64,000 nucleotides of DNA from Chloroflexota bacterium (GCA_963663275.1 OY760183.1:3392001-3456000), one strand, 5' to 3'. Positions 29,676 to 39,833 are shown, numbered from the stretch's first letter. Program-made: numbers and translations. The notes: generated by a model from the letters alone, not told the origin.

Positions 29676-30599
29676 ATGGCGACTCGTACACCCATCATAT
29701 ACACCTGCGACGGCTGCGACAGCCAATTCCCATCCGGTCTAACACGACCAGAACCCCGGTACTGCGCTTCCTGCGTTACGACACTGGGGAAGGCTGGTCT
29801 TGGCGTGCGCCAAGCAAGAGCGAGGGATAGGGAAGAGGTGCGGACGCTCATAGCAGCAGAGGAGCGCGCTGGCGCAAACAACCGAGGCCACAACCCAGAG
29901 GGAGGCGACATGACAGAGAACCTGAAGAGGATACCTATCAAGGAGTTCATCCTCGAAATCCCTGCATGGCACGCCAAGTACGTGAACGCTTGCGTATTCA
30001 AAGTGGAAGCCTTCGTCCAGAGAGATTGGAAGAACCCGCACTTGAAGCCATCGGTGTGTACAGGGAATTTCAGAGAGGTTGAGCGTCTCATTGAGAAACT
30101 GAAAGGCAAAGACGACTTGGACCGGTTGGAAGATGACATGGAGATTGTCTATCGCTGGGGAGGCGGTCGCGGCCCTAATCTCTTTGCCCAAATCAAGAAG
30201 AACAACCCCATGGATGAGATTCAAAGGCAGATAAGAGTCGCTTTCGACGAACTTGGGGAGGGACAACCAGCCAAAGCCTTGGAGGAGTTGAAGCGCCTCA
30301 GGTACTGTAGTGATGCGTTCGGCAGCAAGGTGCTGGCGATGCGCTCTCCGTGGAACGCTCCGATCTGGGACAACATCGCCCAGCATTGCTTGAGAGAGTT
30401 CAGGATCGGCGGCAAGAAGGTCAGGAGCTACGAGCAGTTCATCGCGTTCTGCGAGCACGTCGCGGACGAACTGAAGCGGCTGAACATACCCGCGCCACGC
30501 GGCGAGCGCTGGTACCTTCGCGATATCGAAATGGCGCTCTTCCAGTTCGGCTGGGACAACGGCAAGTTCAACGGGCGCATCACAGGACAACTCTCCTGA
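29676..30599 (+). CDS. HhH/OGG-fold DNA glycosylase-like protein with N-terminal CxxC..CxxC finger (alternative start 29910)
   Basis: VYRWGG, ALEELKRL...FGSKVL...P..APIWD, YEQFI..C..VA..L, W..RDIEMALF; more AT-rich than the flanks. Confidence 0.6.
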   Translation: MATRTPIIYTCDGCDSQFPSGLTRPEPRYCASCVTTLGKAGLGVRQARARDREEVRTLIAAEERAGANNRGHNPEGGDMTENLKRIPIKEFILEIPAWHAKYVNACVFKVEAFVQRDWKNPHLKPSVCTGNFREVERLIEKLKGKDDLDRLEDDMEIVYRWGGGRGPNLFAQIKKNNPMDEIQRQIRVAFDELGEGQPAKALEELKRLRYCSDAFGSKVLAMRSPWNAPIWDNIAQHCLREFRIGGKKVRSYEQFIAFCEHVADELKRLNIPAPRGERWYLRDIEMALFQFGWDNGKFNGRITGQLS

Positions 30600-30624
30600 A
30601 CACCCCACGCCATCCCCAGCCCCT

Positions 30625-30698
30625 CTGGATTCCCGCTTTCGCGGGAATGACGGGCTCCACCCCGTCAGGCGCGGTTCCTGCGTGCGCAGGAACGACGG
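30625..30698. repeat. dRS3-like hairpin plus a degenerate second copy
   Basis: CTGGATTCCCGCTTTCGCGGGAATGACG; its reverse complement matches 27518-27545 at 26/28 nt. Confidence 0.8.
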
Positions 30699-31089
30699 TG
30701 GCCCGAATCTTGTGACATGCGCCCCTTACGCAATCGCCCTTGCTCGTCCTACCATGGGTTCCGGCTTCGGGGCTGGGAACCGGCGCGGACCGTCCGGGGC
30801 AGTCAGGAGCGCGCTGGCGGAGACGCGTTGTCAAAGGTGAAATGAGACTGAATGAGAAGAAATGAGACACTTTTTTCGCAGCGCACGCCTGACGGCTTCA
30901 CGGCGCACGCCTGACGCCCCCTTCTGCAGGAGTGCAGCGGGCATGGTCATTCCGTGCCATTTGCGCTCGCGGGCGCGCAGGACGTGCTCATCGCCGCTCA
31001 TACGCTGCTCATCGTGAGTCATCCGCTGTTGCGGTACACTCGCGCCAGCGATGAACCAGGCCCGCCCTTGATGGAGGAGGAGGCTTGTC

Positions 31090-32154
31090 ATGGGGATCCT
31101 CGAACGGACGTACGCTCCCGAGGTCGGCCCTGCGGTCGATGAGGTGCTCATCTCGTCGGACTCGCACGTGATCGAGCCCGCGGGTCTCTGGAAAGAGCAC
31201 CTACCCAGGGCGTTCCGCGACCGCGCTCCCGACCTCGGCGGGGCCCGCAGGAACGACGCTCCCGGCGGGATGGACAAGTGGGAGCGGGTCAACGAGATGG
31301 GCCGCGACGGCGTCAGCGCCGAGGTGCTGTATCCCACGCACGGCCTGAAGACGCTCGTCCTCGGCGACCGCGACCTCGAAGAGGCGTGCGCCAGGGTCTA
31401 CAACGACTGGCTGGCGGACTACTGCTCGGCGGCGCCGGACAGGCTCATCGGCCTCGCCCTGCTCTCGACGTACCGTATCGAGGCGGCGGTCGAGGAGATG
31501 GAGCGCAGCCGCAGGGCGGGCATGGCCGGCGTCATCGTCTGGCAGGTCCCCGACCCCACGCTTCCCTTCACGTCGCGCCACTACGATCCCCTGTGGGCGC
31601 GGGCCCAGGAGCTCGACATGCCGGTCTCGCTGCACATCCTCAGCGGCCACGGCTACAACCTGCGGCAGTCGTTCGGACAGGGGGAGCGCGGCATCGAACA
31701 GGAGCGGACGAGCGTCAACCTGAAGCTCGTCTACGCCATGGACGCCCTGTACGACTTCATCTTCTCCGGCGTGCTGAAGCGCTTCCCCCGCCTCAGGCTG
31801 GTGCTCGTCGAGAACGAGATCGGCTGGCTCCCGTTCGTCCTGGAGCAGTGGGACTACTACTTCCGGCGACACGGCACGGACCGGGTTGCCCTCGACCTCA
31901 CGATGCTCCCCAGCGAGTACTTCAACCGGCAGGTGTACGCCACCTTCTTCAACGACGCCGTGGGCGGCAGGCTCCTCTCCTGGTGGGGCGCCGGCAACTG
32001 CATGTGGTCCAGCGACTACCCGCACGGCAACTCGACGTGGCCGGACTCGCGGCAGATCGTCGCGCGCGACATGGGCAACCTGCCCGCGGACGTGCGCGCC
32101 CGGCTGGTGCGCGAGAACGTCTCGAAGCTGTACGGGATCGAGGTCAGCGCCTGA
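31090..32154 (+). CDS. Amidohydrolase_2 family protein
   Basis: ISSDSHVIEP, VLYPT, YNDWL, PVSLH, ENEIGW, WSSDYPH. Confidence 0.92.
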   Translation: MGILERTYAPEVGPAVDEVLISSDSHVIEPAGLWKEHLPRAFRDRAPDLGGARRNDAPGGMDKWERVNEMGRDGVSAEVLYPTHGLKTLVLGDRDLEEACARVYNDWLADYCSAAPDRLIGLALLSTYRIEAAVEEMERSRRAGMAGVIVWQVPDPTLPFTSRHYDPLWARAQELDMPVSLHILSGHGYNLRQSFGQGERGIEQERTSVNLKLVYAMDALYDFIFSGVLKRFPRLRLVLVENEIGWLPFVLEQWDYYFRRHGTDRVALDLTMLPSEYFNRQVYATFFNDAVGGRLLSWWGAGNCMWSSDYPHGNSTWPDSRQIVARDMGNLPADVRARLVRENVSKLYGIEVSA

Positions 32155-32155
32155 G

Positions 32156-33163
32156 CTAGATGGCGCCGGGGCCGACGCGGATGCACGCCGTCCAGTGGCC
32201 GGGGCTCGTCTCCTTGAGCGGCGGGATGACGGCCCGGCACTCGTCCACGGCCATGGGACACCGCGTGTGGAAGACGCAGCCCCGCGGCGGGTTCTGCGGG
32301 CTGGGGATGTCGCCCTGCAGCACGATACGCTCCCGCACCTCCTCCACCCCGGGATCGGGCACCGGCACGGCGGAGAGCAGCGCCCTGGTGTACGGATGCT
32401 GCGGGTCCTCGTAGAGGTCGTCGCAGGGCGCGAGCTCCATCAGCCGCCCGAGGTACATGACCGCGACCCGGTCCGAGATGTGCCGGACGACGGAGAGGTC
32501 GTGCGCGATGAGGAGGTACGTGAGCCCGAACTGCTCCTGCAGCTCCTGCAGGAGGTTGATGATCTGCGCCTGTATCGAGACGTCGAGCGCGGAGACGGGC
32601 TCGTCGGCGACGATGAACTCCGGCTCCGCCGCGATGGCCCGGGCGATGCCGATGCGCTGGCGCTGGCCGCCGGAGAACTCGTGCGGGAAGCGGTCGGCCA
32701 TGTACAGGTTGAGGCCGACGACCTCCAGCAACTCCTGGATGCGCTCCCGCATCCGGGCCTTGCCTTGCACCAGCCCGTGGACGCTCACCGGCTCGCCGAT
32801 GATGCCGGCCGCGGTCATGCGGGGGCTGAGCGACGAGTACGGGTCCTGGAAGATGGCGTTGATGCGCCTGCGCATGGAGCGCAGGTCGCGGCCGCCCAGG
32901 GTGCTCATCTCCACGCCGTCGAACTTCACCTCGCCCTCGGTCTGCTGGTGCAGTTGCAGGATGCAGCGCCCCAGCGTGCTCTTGCCGCTGCCGCTCTCGC
33001 CGACGAGGCCGAGCGTCTCGCCGCGCTGTATCGTGAGCGATACGTCGTCGACGGCCTTGACCTCGCCGATGCGCTTCTTGAACACGATGCCGGAGGTGAC
33101 CGGGAAGTACTTCTTCACCCGGCTCACTTCGACGAGAGGGGAGTCCGCCCGGGTTGTCGTCAT
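32156..33163 (-). CDS. oppF: Oligopeptide/dipeptide ABC ATP-binding protein
   Basis: [45 protein letters not shown]. Confidence 0.92.
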   Translation of the reverse strand: MTTTRADSPLVEVSRVKKYFPVTSGIVFKKRIGEVKAVDDVSLTIQRGETLGLVGESGSGKSTLGRCILQLHQQTEGEVKFDGVEMSTLGGRDLRSMRRRINAIFQDPYSSLSPRMTAAGIIGEPVSVHGLVQGKARMRERIQELLEVVGLNLYMADRFPHEFSGGQRQRIGIARAIAAEPEFIVADEPVSALDVSIQAQIINLLQELQEQFGLTYLLIAHDLSVVRHISDRVAVMYLGRLMELAPCDDLYEDPQHPYTRALLSAVPVPDPGVEEVRERIVLQGDIPSPQNPPRGCVFHTRCPMAVDECRAVIPPLKETSPGHWTACIRVGPGAI

Positions 33164-34152
33164 GCGGCGCCTCCCGTTTCCACCGCCCAGCAGGCGACGT
33201 GGTGCTCGACCCCTGAGCCGCGCACGTGCAGCACCTCCGGCACGTCGTCTTCACAGCGCGCGATGGCGTAGGCGCAGCGCTCGCGGAACGCGCAGCCCGG
33301 CGGGAGGTTGCTCAGGTCGGGCGGCATCCCCTCAATGGGGATGAGGCGCTCGCCCTTCGGCTTGTCGAGCCGGGGCACGGACGCGAGCAGCCCCTTCGTG
33401 TAAGGGTGCTGCGGCTCGTCGAACACCTGGTGCAGCGTGCCGCGCTCGACGATGCGGCCCGCGTACATGACGTTGATGCGGTCGACGTAGCGCGCCACGA
33501 CGCCGAGGTTGTGGGTGATGATGATGACCGCGATGCCCAGCTCCCGCTGCACCTGCTGGATGAGCTCCAGGATCTGGGCCTGGATCGTCACGTCCAGTGC
33601 GGTCGTGGGCTCATCGGCGATGAGCAGCTTCGGGTTGCACGAGAGCGCCATGGCGATCATGACCCGCTGGCGCATGCCGCCGGAGAACTCGTGGGGGTAG
33701 GCGCGGAGCCGGTTCGCGGCGTCCGGTATGCCGACGAGCTCCAGCAGCTCCGATGCGCGGGCGTGCGCCGTGTCCGTGTCGTAGGCGAGGTGCCGCTGGA
33801 CGGCCTCGGTGAGCTGGCGGCCTATCGTGAGCACGGGGTTCAGGGAGGTCATCGGCTCCTGGAACACCATGCCGATGCGGTTCCCCCGGATGTCCCGCAT
33901 CGTCTTCTCGTCCTGCTGGAGCAGGTCGTCTCCCATGAAGCGTATGGTGCCCGCCAGGATGCGCCCCGGCGGACTGGGGATGAGGCGCATGATGGAGAGC
34001 GCGGTGATGCTCTTGCCACAGCCGCTCTCCCCAACGAGGGCGAGCGACTCGCCTTCCATGAGGTCGAAGGTGACCCCGTCCACGGCCTTCACCACGCCGG
34101 CAGACGTGAAGAAGTGCGTGCGCAGGCCGTTCACTTCAAGGAGAGCCGTCAA
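33160..34152 (-). CDS. oppD: Oligopeptide/dipeptide ABC ATP-binding protein
   Basis: [38 protein letters not shown]. Confidence 0.92.
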   Translation of the reverse strand: MTALLEVNGLRTHFFTSAGVVKAVDGVTFDLMEGESLALVGESGCGKSITALSIMRLIPSPPGRILAGTIRFMGDDLLQQDEKTMRDIRGNRIGMVFQEPMTSLNPVLTIGRQLTEAVQRHLAYDTDTAHARASELLELVGIPDAANRLRAYPHEFSGGMRQRVMIAMALSCNPKLLIADEPTTALDVTIQAQILELIQQVQRELGIAVIIITHNLGVVARYVDRINVMYAGRIVERGTLHQVFDEPQHPYTKGLLASVPRLDKPKGERLIPIEGMPPDLSNLPPGCAFRERCAYAIARCEDDVPEVLHVRGSGVEHHVACWAVETGGAA

Positions 34153-34233
34153 GTAAGTCCCCTGCTCCAAAGCGCTAGAGCGCCATCCGATACGGCGTGA
34201 ACCTAGCCTAACGAGGGGCGGGTGTAAAGTGCG

Positions 34234-34749
34234 CTACGCCTTCCGGGGCATCTTGTAGCGGCGGCCGCGTTCGCGCACCGTGCGCTGCGCATCGAACGTC
34301 ATCACCGGCACGCCGTAGCCGCAACTCGTGGCAGTGCCCTCGACGTCGACCACGATGGCCTGCCGCTCCGGCAGCGCGATGTTCTCCGCAGGGGTGGCGA
34401 GCAACCGCTCGGCGAGCGGCGATTCGGCGATGGGCGTCACCGTGGCGTGGCCGTACAGCCGCACGATAGCAGCATCCTCCCGGTCGAACGAGCAGACCAT
34501 GACAGTGATCGGGCCGCCGGCCATCGAGTGGCGCGCCGTCTCGTTGCCGCTGCCAGTGTAGTCGAGGTACGCGACGCGGCGCTCATCCAGCACGTGGAGC
34601 GGCACACCGCCCTTCGGCGAAACGTTCACCGCGCCGACGCCGTGCTCTCCCGGCTCGAGGCCGGGGTCGGCGGTGGCGACGAAGAAGAGCTGCGCCTGCC
34701 GGATGAGGTCGGCCTGCTTGTCCGTGATTCGGTCGAAGTAGTCGGCCAT
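34234..34749 (-). CDS. Pyridoxamine 5'-phosphate oxidase-like FMN-binding protein
   Basis: FFVATA, NVSPKG, YLDYTGSGNET, TSCGYGVP. Confidence 0.88.
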   Translation of the reverse strand: MADYFDRITDKQADLIRQAQLFFVATADPGLEPGEHGVGAVNVSPKGGVPLHVLDERRVAYLDYTGSGNETARHSMAGGPITVMVCSFDREDAAIVRLYGHATVTPIAESPLAERLLATPAENIALPERQAIVVDVEGTATSCGYGVPVMTFDAQRTVRERGRRYKMPRKA

Positions 34750-34758
34750 GGCGTGCTC

Positions 34759-35535
34759 CTACGCTGCCCTCGCCACCCAGACGAGGTCCTCGGTCTCCCC
34801 GGTGACGGGGCCGCCGTCGAAGTCGCCGTAGACGGCATCGAGGTCGAAACCGCACAGCTCCAGCAGGTGCTCCATCTCGTACCGGAAGGTGTAGCGCTGA
34901 TCGACGTCGCGTATGAGGCGGCGCTCCACGACTCCCTCGTCGCTCACCTCCTCGATGATGAGGCGTGTCTCGTTCACCTGCGTGACCGGGTCCCAGCCGT
35001 TCTGTCCCCAGACGACGAGCGTGCCACCGCCCTCGCGCTCGACGTCCTTCATGTGGTACGCGAGCCGGGACTGCTCGTCGTTCACGAGGGAGCTCACGTC
35101 CGGATTGAACGTGTCCATCACGAACACGCCGCCGGGCGCCAGCCGCTCCCGGACGCGGGCGAGCGCCTGCCGTTGCTCCTCCGTCGTGAGCATGCTGTGG
35201 AACGAGCGGAACGGCATGATGACGAGGGGGAAGCGCTCGGCGAGTTGCACCGTCGCCATGTCGCCGGACTGGAAGACGCACCGTTCGGAGAGCCCGCGCT
35301 TCGCCGCCTTGACCTGCGCGACCTCGATCATCCGCGGCGAGATGTCGATGCCGATCACGGCGACGCCTTCCCGTGCGATAGCGAGGCTGATGCGTCCCGT
35401 GCCGCAGCCGAGTTCGAGGATGGGGCCTCCCGACTCGCGCGCCAGCTCGACATAGAAGTCAATGTCGTGCGTCAGGTCGGCATGCACCGCATCGTAGATG
35501 TCGGCCCAGTCGTCGAAGGGAAAGTCGAATGGCAT
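34759..35535 (-). CDS. Class I SAM-dependent methyltransferase
   Basis: LELGCGTGR, GIDISP, LAPGG. Confidence 0.92.
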   Translation of the reverse strand: MPFDFPFDDWADIYDAVHADLTHDIDFYVELARESGGPILELGCGTGRISLAIAREGVAVIGIDISPRMIEVAQVKAAKRGLSERCVFQSGDMATVQLAERFPLVIMPFRSFHSMLTTEEQRQALARVRERLAPGGVFVMDTFNPDVSSLVNDEQSRLAYHMKDVEREGGGTLVVWGQNGWDPVTQVNETRLIIEEVSDEGVVERRLIRDVDQRYTFRYEMEHLLELCGFDLDAVYGDFDGGPVTGETEDLVWVARAA

Positions 35536-35539
35536 GGGA

Positions 35540-35962
35540 TCAGGCAGGCACGGGGAGGGGCACGTCGACATGGATGATTTCCGACTCGGGGGCGGGGACC
35601 GGGGCGCCGGACGAGCGTAGGGAACCGAGGTAGTCGGGGAGCATTTCGCGGAAGAGCGCCTCGGCGCGCTCCGGTGTGTCGGCGGCTACGATGACCGGCC
35701 AGAGGTCTTCTGTGAACGCCCGCCACTCGTTGCCCTCGCGATGGATAACGGTGGGGTAGCCCACAACCGCCGCTGCCTGCGCGGTCGGCTCAGGGAGCGT
35801 CTCGCCGTGCTCCAGCATCCCCTCGAAGTGAAACGCGAGCGCTTCGCGGACGTTCGTCTCGACCTCTTTCCGCGAGCGCCCCGTGGCGACGCAGCCCGGT
35901 ACGTCCGGCGCGCCCGCGCAGTAGTTGTTGGGGGTCCTGCTGATGACGACCAAGTACCGCAT
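35540..35962 (-). CDS. hicB: HicB-family antitoxin with duplicated HicB domain
   Basis: PDVPGCVATG.S..E...N.REAL, then a second Y..VIH.E...W.A...DL...ADT.E domain. Confidence 0.85.
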   Translation of the reverse strand: MRYLVVISRTPNNYCAGAPDVPGCVATGRSRKEVETNVREALAFHFEGMLEHGETLPEPTAQAAAVVGYPTVIHREGNEWRAFTEDLWPVIVAADTPERAEALFREMLPDYLGSLRSSGAPVPAPESEIIHVDVPLPVPA

Positions 35963-35972
35963 GCCTGCCCCT

Positions 35973-36164
35973 CTACTTCAGTCCCGCTTGCTTCCTGATT
36001 CCGTCCCAGAGCCATTGTCGCACGTCTTCGCCCAAGCGCCCCGGTATGGTAACCGTTCCGGGTTTTGTGGGGTGATGAAACTGCCGGTGGCTCCCGCGCG
36101 TGCGCACTAGGAACCAGCCATCCCGCTCCACCATTCGGATCGCGTCTCTTACCTTATGCACCAT
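35973..36164 (-). CDS. hicA: HicA-family mRNA interferase toxin
   Basis: DGWFLVRTRGSHRQFHHPTKPGTVTIP...IRKQAGL. Confidence 0.92.
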   Translation of the reverse strand: MVHKVRDAIRMVERDGWFLVRTRGSHRQFHHPTKPGTVTIPGRLGEDVRQWLWDGIRKQAGLK

Positions 36165-36237
36165 CACGCGCCGCCTGCAAGCATGGTACGAGGCGGTCTG
36201 ACGGCAGCGTAAGGGGCGGATGGCACTCGCCGCCGGT

Positions 36238-36850
36238 TCAACTCCCGCCCATGCGCTGGAGCGCGCGGCGGACGCGCTCGTCGGTGGGGGCGTCCGCCGC
36301 GCCGTCCTCGGCGGCGAGCGCCTGCCGCGCTTCGAGGGCGGAGTAGCCGAGCGCCATGAGCCACTGCAGCGCAGGGTCGCCCGCGCCGCCCGCGGTCGTT
36401 GCGACACCCGCGCCGGTCACGAGGGGCGCGCCGATCTCGTCCTCCAGCTTGCTCTTGAGGTCGAGGATGATGCGCTCGGCGGTGCGCTTGCCGACGCCGG
36501 GGCGCGCGGCTGATGGCGTTGGCGTCGCCCGCGACGATGGCGGTGGCGAGGTCTTCCGGCGGCAGCACGCTCAGCACGGCGAGCGCCGCCTTCGGACCGA
36601 CCTGGCTGACGCCGATCAGCATCTCGAACAGGCGGCGTCCGTGCTCGGAGGCGAAGCCGTAAAGCTGCAGGTCGTCCTCGCGGACGATGAGGTGGGTGTG
36701 CAGCCGCACGGGGCTGTCCGCGCCGGGCAGGCCGCCGAGGTCGTGCGCGGGGACGAAGACGCGCAGCAGGATGCCGCCGCCGACCCGCACGACGACGGAG
36801 TCGGCGTGCTTCGCCTCGATCGTGCCCTCGACGCCCGCGATGATGCTCAT
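36238..36850 (-). CDS. ruvA: Holliday junction branch migration protein RuvA (1-nt insertion near 36500)
   Basis: HLIVREDDLQLYGF, VSQVGPKAAL; after the frameshift PGVGKRTAERIILDLK and LMALGYS..EA. Confidence 0.92.
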
Positions 36851-37350
36851 CGGGCGCGCACCCGTTCGGCGGCCCGGAGGGTCTGCGCGTGGCAGAGCGC
36901 GATGGCGATTGCGTCCGATGCATCCTCGGCCATCGGCTCATCGCCGAGTTCCAGCAGGATGCGGACGGAGCGCTGCACCTGCGCCTTGTCGCCCGCGCCG
37001 TAATTGGCGACGGCGCTCTTCACCGTGGCCGGGGAGTAGCGGTGGATGGGGATGCCCGCGCGCGCCGCGACGAGCAGGGCGACAGCCTGCGCCTGCCCCA
37101 CAGCGACTGCGGACTTGGCGCCCCTCGCCGCCGCGACGAACGGCTCCTCGATCGCGAGCTGGTCCGGCGCCCAGCGCTCCGCGAGCGCCTGCAGTTCGCC
37201 GAGGAGCAGGTGGAGCCGCTCCGCGATCTCCTTCGACCGTCCGCCGTCGAACGTCCCCCACGCCATGCAGCGCGTGCCGCCGTCGTCGTCGAGGTCGAGG
37301 ATGCTGTAGCCCATCGTCTGGGTGCCGGGGTCGACGCCGAGGATACGCAT
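36847..37350 (-). CDS. ruvC: Crossover junction endodeoxyribonuclease RuvC
   Basis: MRILGVDPG, AIEEPF, VKSAVANYG.GDK.QV, DASDAIAIALCH. Confidence 0.96.
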   Translation of the reverse strand: MRILGVDPGTQTMGYSILDLDDDGGTRCMAWGTFDGGRSKEIAERLHLLLGELQALAERWAPDQLAIEEPFVAAARGAKSAVAVGQAQAVALLVAARAGIPIHRYSPATVKSAVANYGAGDKAQVQRSVRILLELGDEPMAEDASDAIAIALCHAQTLRAAERVRAR

Positions 37351-37370
37351 GGCGCTCCGTTCGTTCTCCT

Positions 37371-38213
37371 CTACCGCAGGGCGTAGCGGTCGTTCTCTTC
37401 GGCGACGACCGCCTGCTCCTCGATGAGCTTGGTGAGCGTGGTGACGAGCTGGCGCTCCGCGAGACGCTCCCGTGACTTCGGGAGGCGGGTGTAGATGCGC
37501 ACGCGGAGCTCGGAAGGCGAGAGCGGGCCGTCGCGCAGTGCGTTCAGGATGGCCTGCTCCCGCTCGTGCCGGTGCTTGATGAGGGCGTTGAGCCGCGCCT
37601 TCGGCCGCTTCACCGGGCCGCCGTGGCCGGTGTACATGATGCGGGCGTCCACGTCCTTCAGCATCTCCAGCGTCCGCATGTAGTCCGCGAGGTTGCCGTC
37701 CTGCGGGCCGATGCTGGTGGTGGAGACCGCGAGCACGGTGTCGCTGGTGAAGAGCGCCTTGCGCTCCGGCGCGAAGAGGGCGAGCGAGCCGGAGGTGTGG
37801 CCGGGCGCCCAGACGGCTTCGAGCGAGAGTCCGCCCAATTCGCGGCGGTCGCCGTGCTGCAGGTCGTCCGCGACGTGCAACTCGCCGTGGAGGCGGTCGT
37901 TCTCGATGGCCTCGCGATCGTTGGGGTGGCACGCGAGCGGCGCGCCGGTCTCGCGGTGCATGTGCAGCGCACCGCCGCCGTGGTCGGGATGGCGGTGCGT
38001 GATGATGATCTCGGAGACGGGCGGCGCGTTGACCTCGCGGATGTAGGCGGCGCGTGCGCGGTGGTCGTCCTCGTTCTCCCACCCGGTGTCGATGAGGACC
38101 GCAGTGTCCGAGCCGAATACGAGGTAGGCGTTGGGCGGCGGGAAACCGGGCAGCGGCTCCCGTCCGAACGTGAGTTGGTGTATCCCCTGCTCCAGTTCCA
38201 CGGCGCGCTCCAT
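37371..38213 (-). CDS. MBL-fold metallo-hydrolase (LACTB2-like)
   Basis: THRHPDHGGG, PGHT, FTSD, TGHG. Confidence 0.9.
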   Translation of the reverse strand: MERAVELEQGIHQLTFGREPLPGFPPPNAYLVFGSDTAVLIDTGWENEDDHRARAAYIREVNAPPVSEIIITHRHPDHGGGALHMHRETGAPLACHPNDREAIENDRLHGELHVADDLQHGDRRELGGLSLEAVWAPGHTSGSLALFAPERKALFTSDTVLAVSTTSIGPQDGNLADYMRTLEMLKDVDARIMYTGHGGPVKRPKARLNALIKHRHEREQAILNALRDGPLSPSELRVRIYTRLPKSRERLAERQLVTTLTKLIEEQAVVAEENDRYALR

Positions 38214-38299
38214 TCTAGCGCACCGGGCGGACGCCCCCGCTACGTTGCCAACTGGCCTAAACTATGGCCGACCCTCGACCCGCCCAAGGAGCACGATCC

Positions 38300-38767
38300 G
38301 TGAGCGACGTTGCGTTTCAAGACATGCTGGCCGGCAACCATTGCTGGGGATGTGGGCCGGACGCGAAGGACGGCCTGAAGCTGCGGAGCTACTGGGACGG
38401 CGACGAGACGGTGTGCACGTGGCTGCCGCGTCCCGAGTTCGCCGCGGGCCCGCGGCACATCCTCTACGGCGGCATGATCGGCAGCGTCATCGATTGCCAC
38501 AGCATCTGGACGGCCATCGCGCAAGCGTACAGGGTCGAGGAGCGGGAGATCGGCTCCGGACCCGTCATCTGGTACGCGACGGCGTCGCTGCACGTGACCT
38601 ACCGGAAGCCGACGCCGATAGACCAGCCGTTGACGATGCGCGCACGGGTGACGGAGATGGTGCGGCGCAAGGCGCTGGTGAGCTGCTCGCTCGAGTCGGG
38701 CGGCGTCGAGACGGCGGCCGGCGAGATGGTCGCGGTGCGCGTCCCGCCGCAATGGTTCGAGGACTAG
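38300..38767 (+). CDS. PaaI/hotdog-fold thioesterase
   Basis: CWGCG, LYGGMIGSVIDCH, TASLHVTYRKPTP. Confidence 0.88.
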   Translation: MSDVAFQDMLAGNHCWGCGPDAKDGLKLRSYWDGDETVCTWLPRPEFAAGPRHILYGGMIGSVIDCHSIWTAIAQAYRVEEREIGSGPVIWYATASLHVTYRKPTPIDQPLTMRARVTEMVRRKALVSCSLESGGVETAAGEMVAVRVPPQWFED

Positions 38768-38780
38768 CAGGAAGGAGGGT

Positions 38781-39278
38781 ATGGCGATGACGGTAAGCGT
38801 TTCAGGACTGGTAGAGCATCCGTTGGAGTTGGGTCACGCGGACCTTGCGGCGCTGCCCGGACAGGTGGACGACGTCTCGATCCTCGCGCCCGGACGCGAG
38901 GGATCGGCGGTGCGTTTCACGTCGGTGCTGGAGGCGGCGTCGGCGCAGGCAGACGCGGAGTTCCTCACGCTGGAGGCGGAGGGCGGCTTCGCGGCGAGCG
39001 TCCCGCTGGCGGCCGTCGTGGACCAGGCGCTGCTGCTGTATGCATTGGACGGCGAGCCGCTGCCCCACGACAAGGGCGGCCCTGTACGCTTCCTCATCCC
39101 GGACCCCGCCGCTTGCGGCACCGAGGATGTGGACACCTGCGTGAACGTGAAGTGGCTGAACGCGATCAGTCTCAGCACCGAGCGTGGACGCGACGAGCGC
39201 CCGACCACGCCGCAAGCGCATGAGGCCCTGCACGAAGCGGAGCACGAGAAGGAGGCGCACGATGACTCGACTGCCTGA
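38781..39278 (+). CDS. Molybdopterin-dependent oxidoreductase domain protein
   Basis: VSGLVEHP, LDGEPLP..KGGPVRFLIP, NVKWL. Confidence 0.85.
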   Translation: MAMTVSVSGLVEHPLELGHADLAALPGQVDDVSILAPGREGSAVRFTSVLEAASAQADAEFLTLEAEGGFAASVPLAAVVDQALLLYALDGEPLPHDKGGPVRFLIPDPAACGTEDVDTCVNVKWLNAISLSTERGRDERPTTPQAHEALHEAEHEKEAHDDSTA

Positions 39279-39816
39279 CGTGACGCGGGACGCGGTGGCC
39301 GAGGAGTTGCGCGATGCGTTCGACGCGCTCATAGCCGACAGCGGCGGGGAAGTACCGCTGGGGCCGGGCGCCGTCGCGGCGCTGAGCCCGGAGATGGCGC
39401 TGCGCCGCCGCCCGCTGAGCAACTATGTGCGCTGGGAGTTGACGCTTCCCCAGCACGTGCAGGAGCTCGCCATCCTCGCGACAGCGCGGCGGATGGACTG
39501 TCCGTACGTGTGGAACGCGCACGCGCCCATGGCGCGGAAGGCCGGCGTGAGCGCCGAACTGGTGGACGCGATGCGCGAGCGCGCGCCGCTCCCCGCTATG
39601 GCGGAGGACGAATCGGCGGTCGTAACGTTCGTGACGGAGATGCTGAGTGGTCACCGCGTATCGCAGGAGGCGTATGATGCAGCCATCGCTCAGTTCGGGA
39701 TACGGCAGACGGTAGACCTCATCGCGCTGGCAGGGCAGTACGTGACCAACGCGTGCTTCCTGAACGCTTTTGAGATACCGTTGCCGGAAACGGCGGAGCC
39801 GGTGTTGCCGGTCTGA
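39262..39816 (+). CDS. Carboxymuconolactone decarboxylase/AhpD-like protein
   Basis: ELAILATARR..C.YVWNAH...ARKAGV. Confidence 0.85.
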   Translation: MTRLPDVTRDAVAEELRDAFDALIADSGGEVPLGPGAVAALSPEMALRRRPLSNYVRWELTLPQHVQELAILATARRMDCPYVWNAHAPMARKAGVSAELVDAMRERAPLPAMAEDESAVVTFVTEMLSGHRVSQEAYDAAIAQFGIRQTVDLIALAGQYVTNACFLNAFEIPLPETAEPVLPV

Positions 39817-39833
39817 ATCGAGGGAGGCAGACG

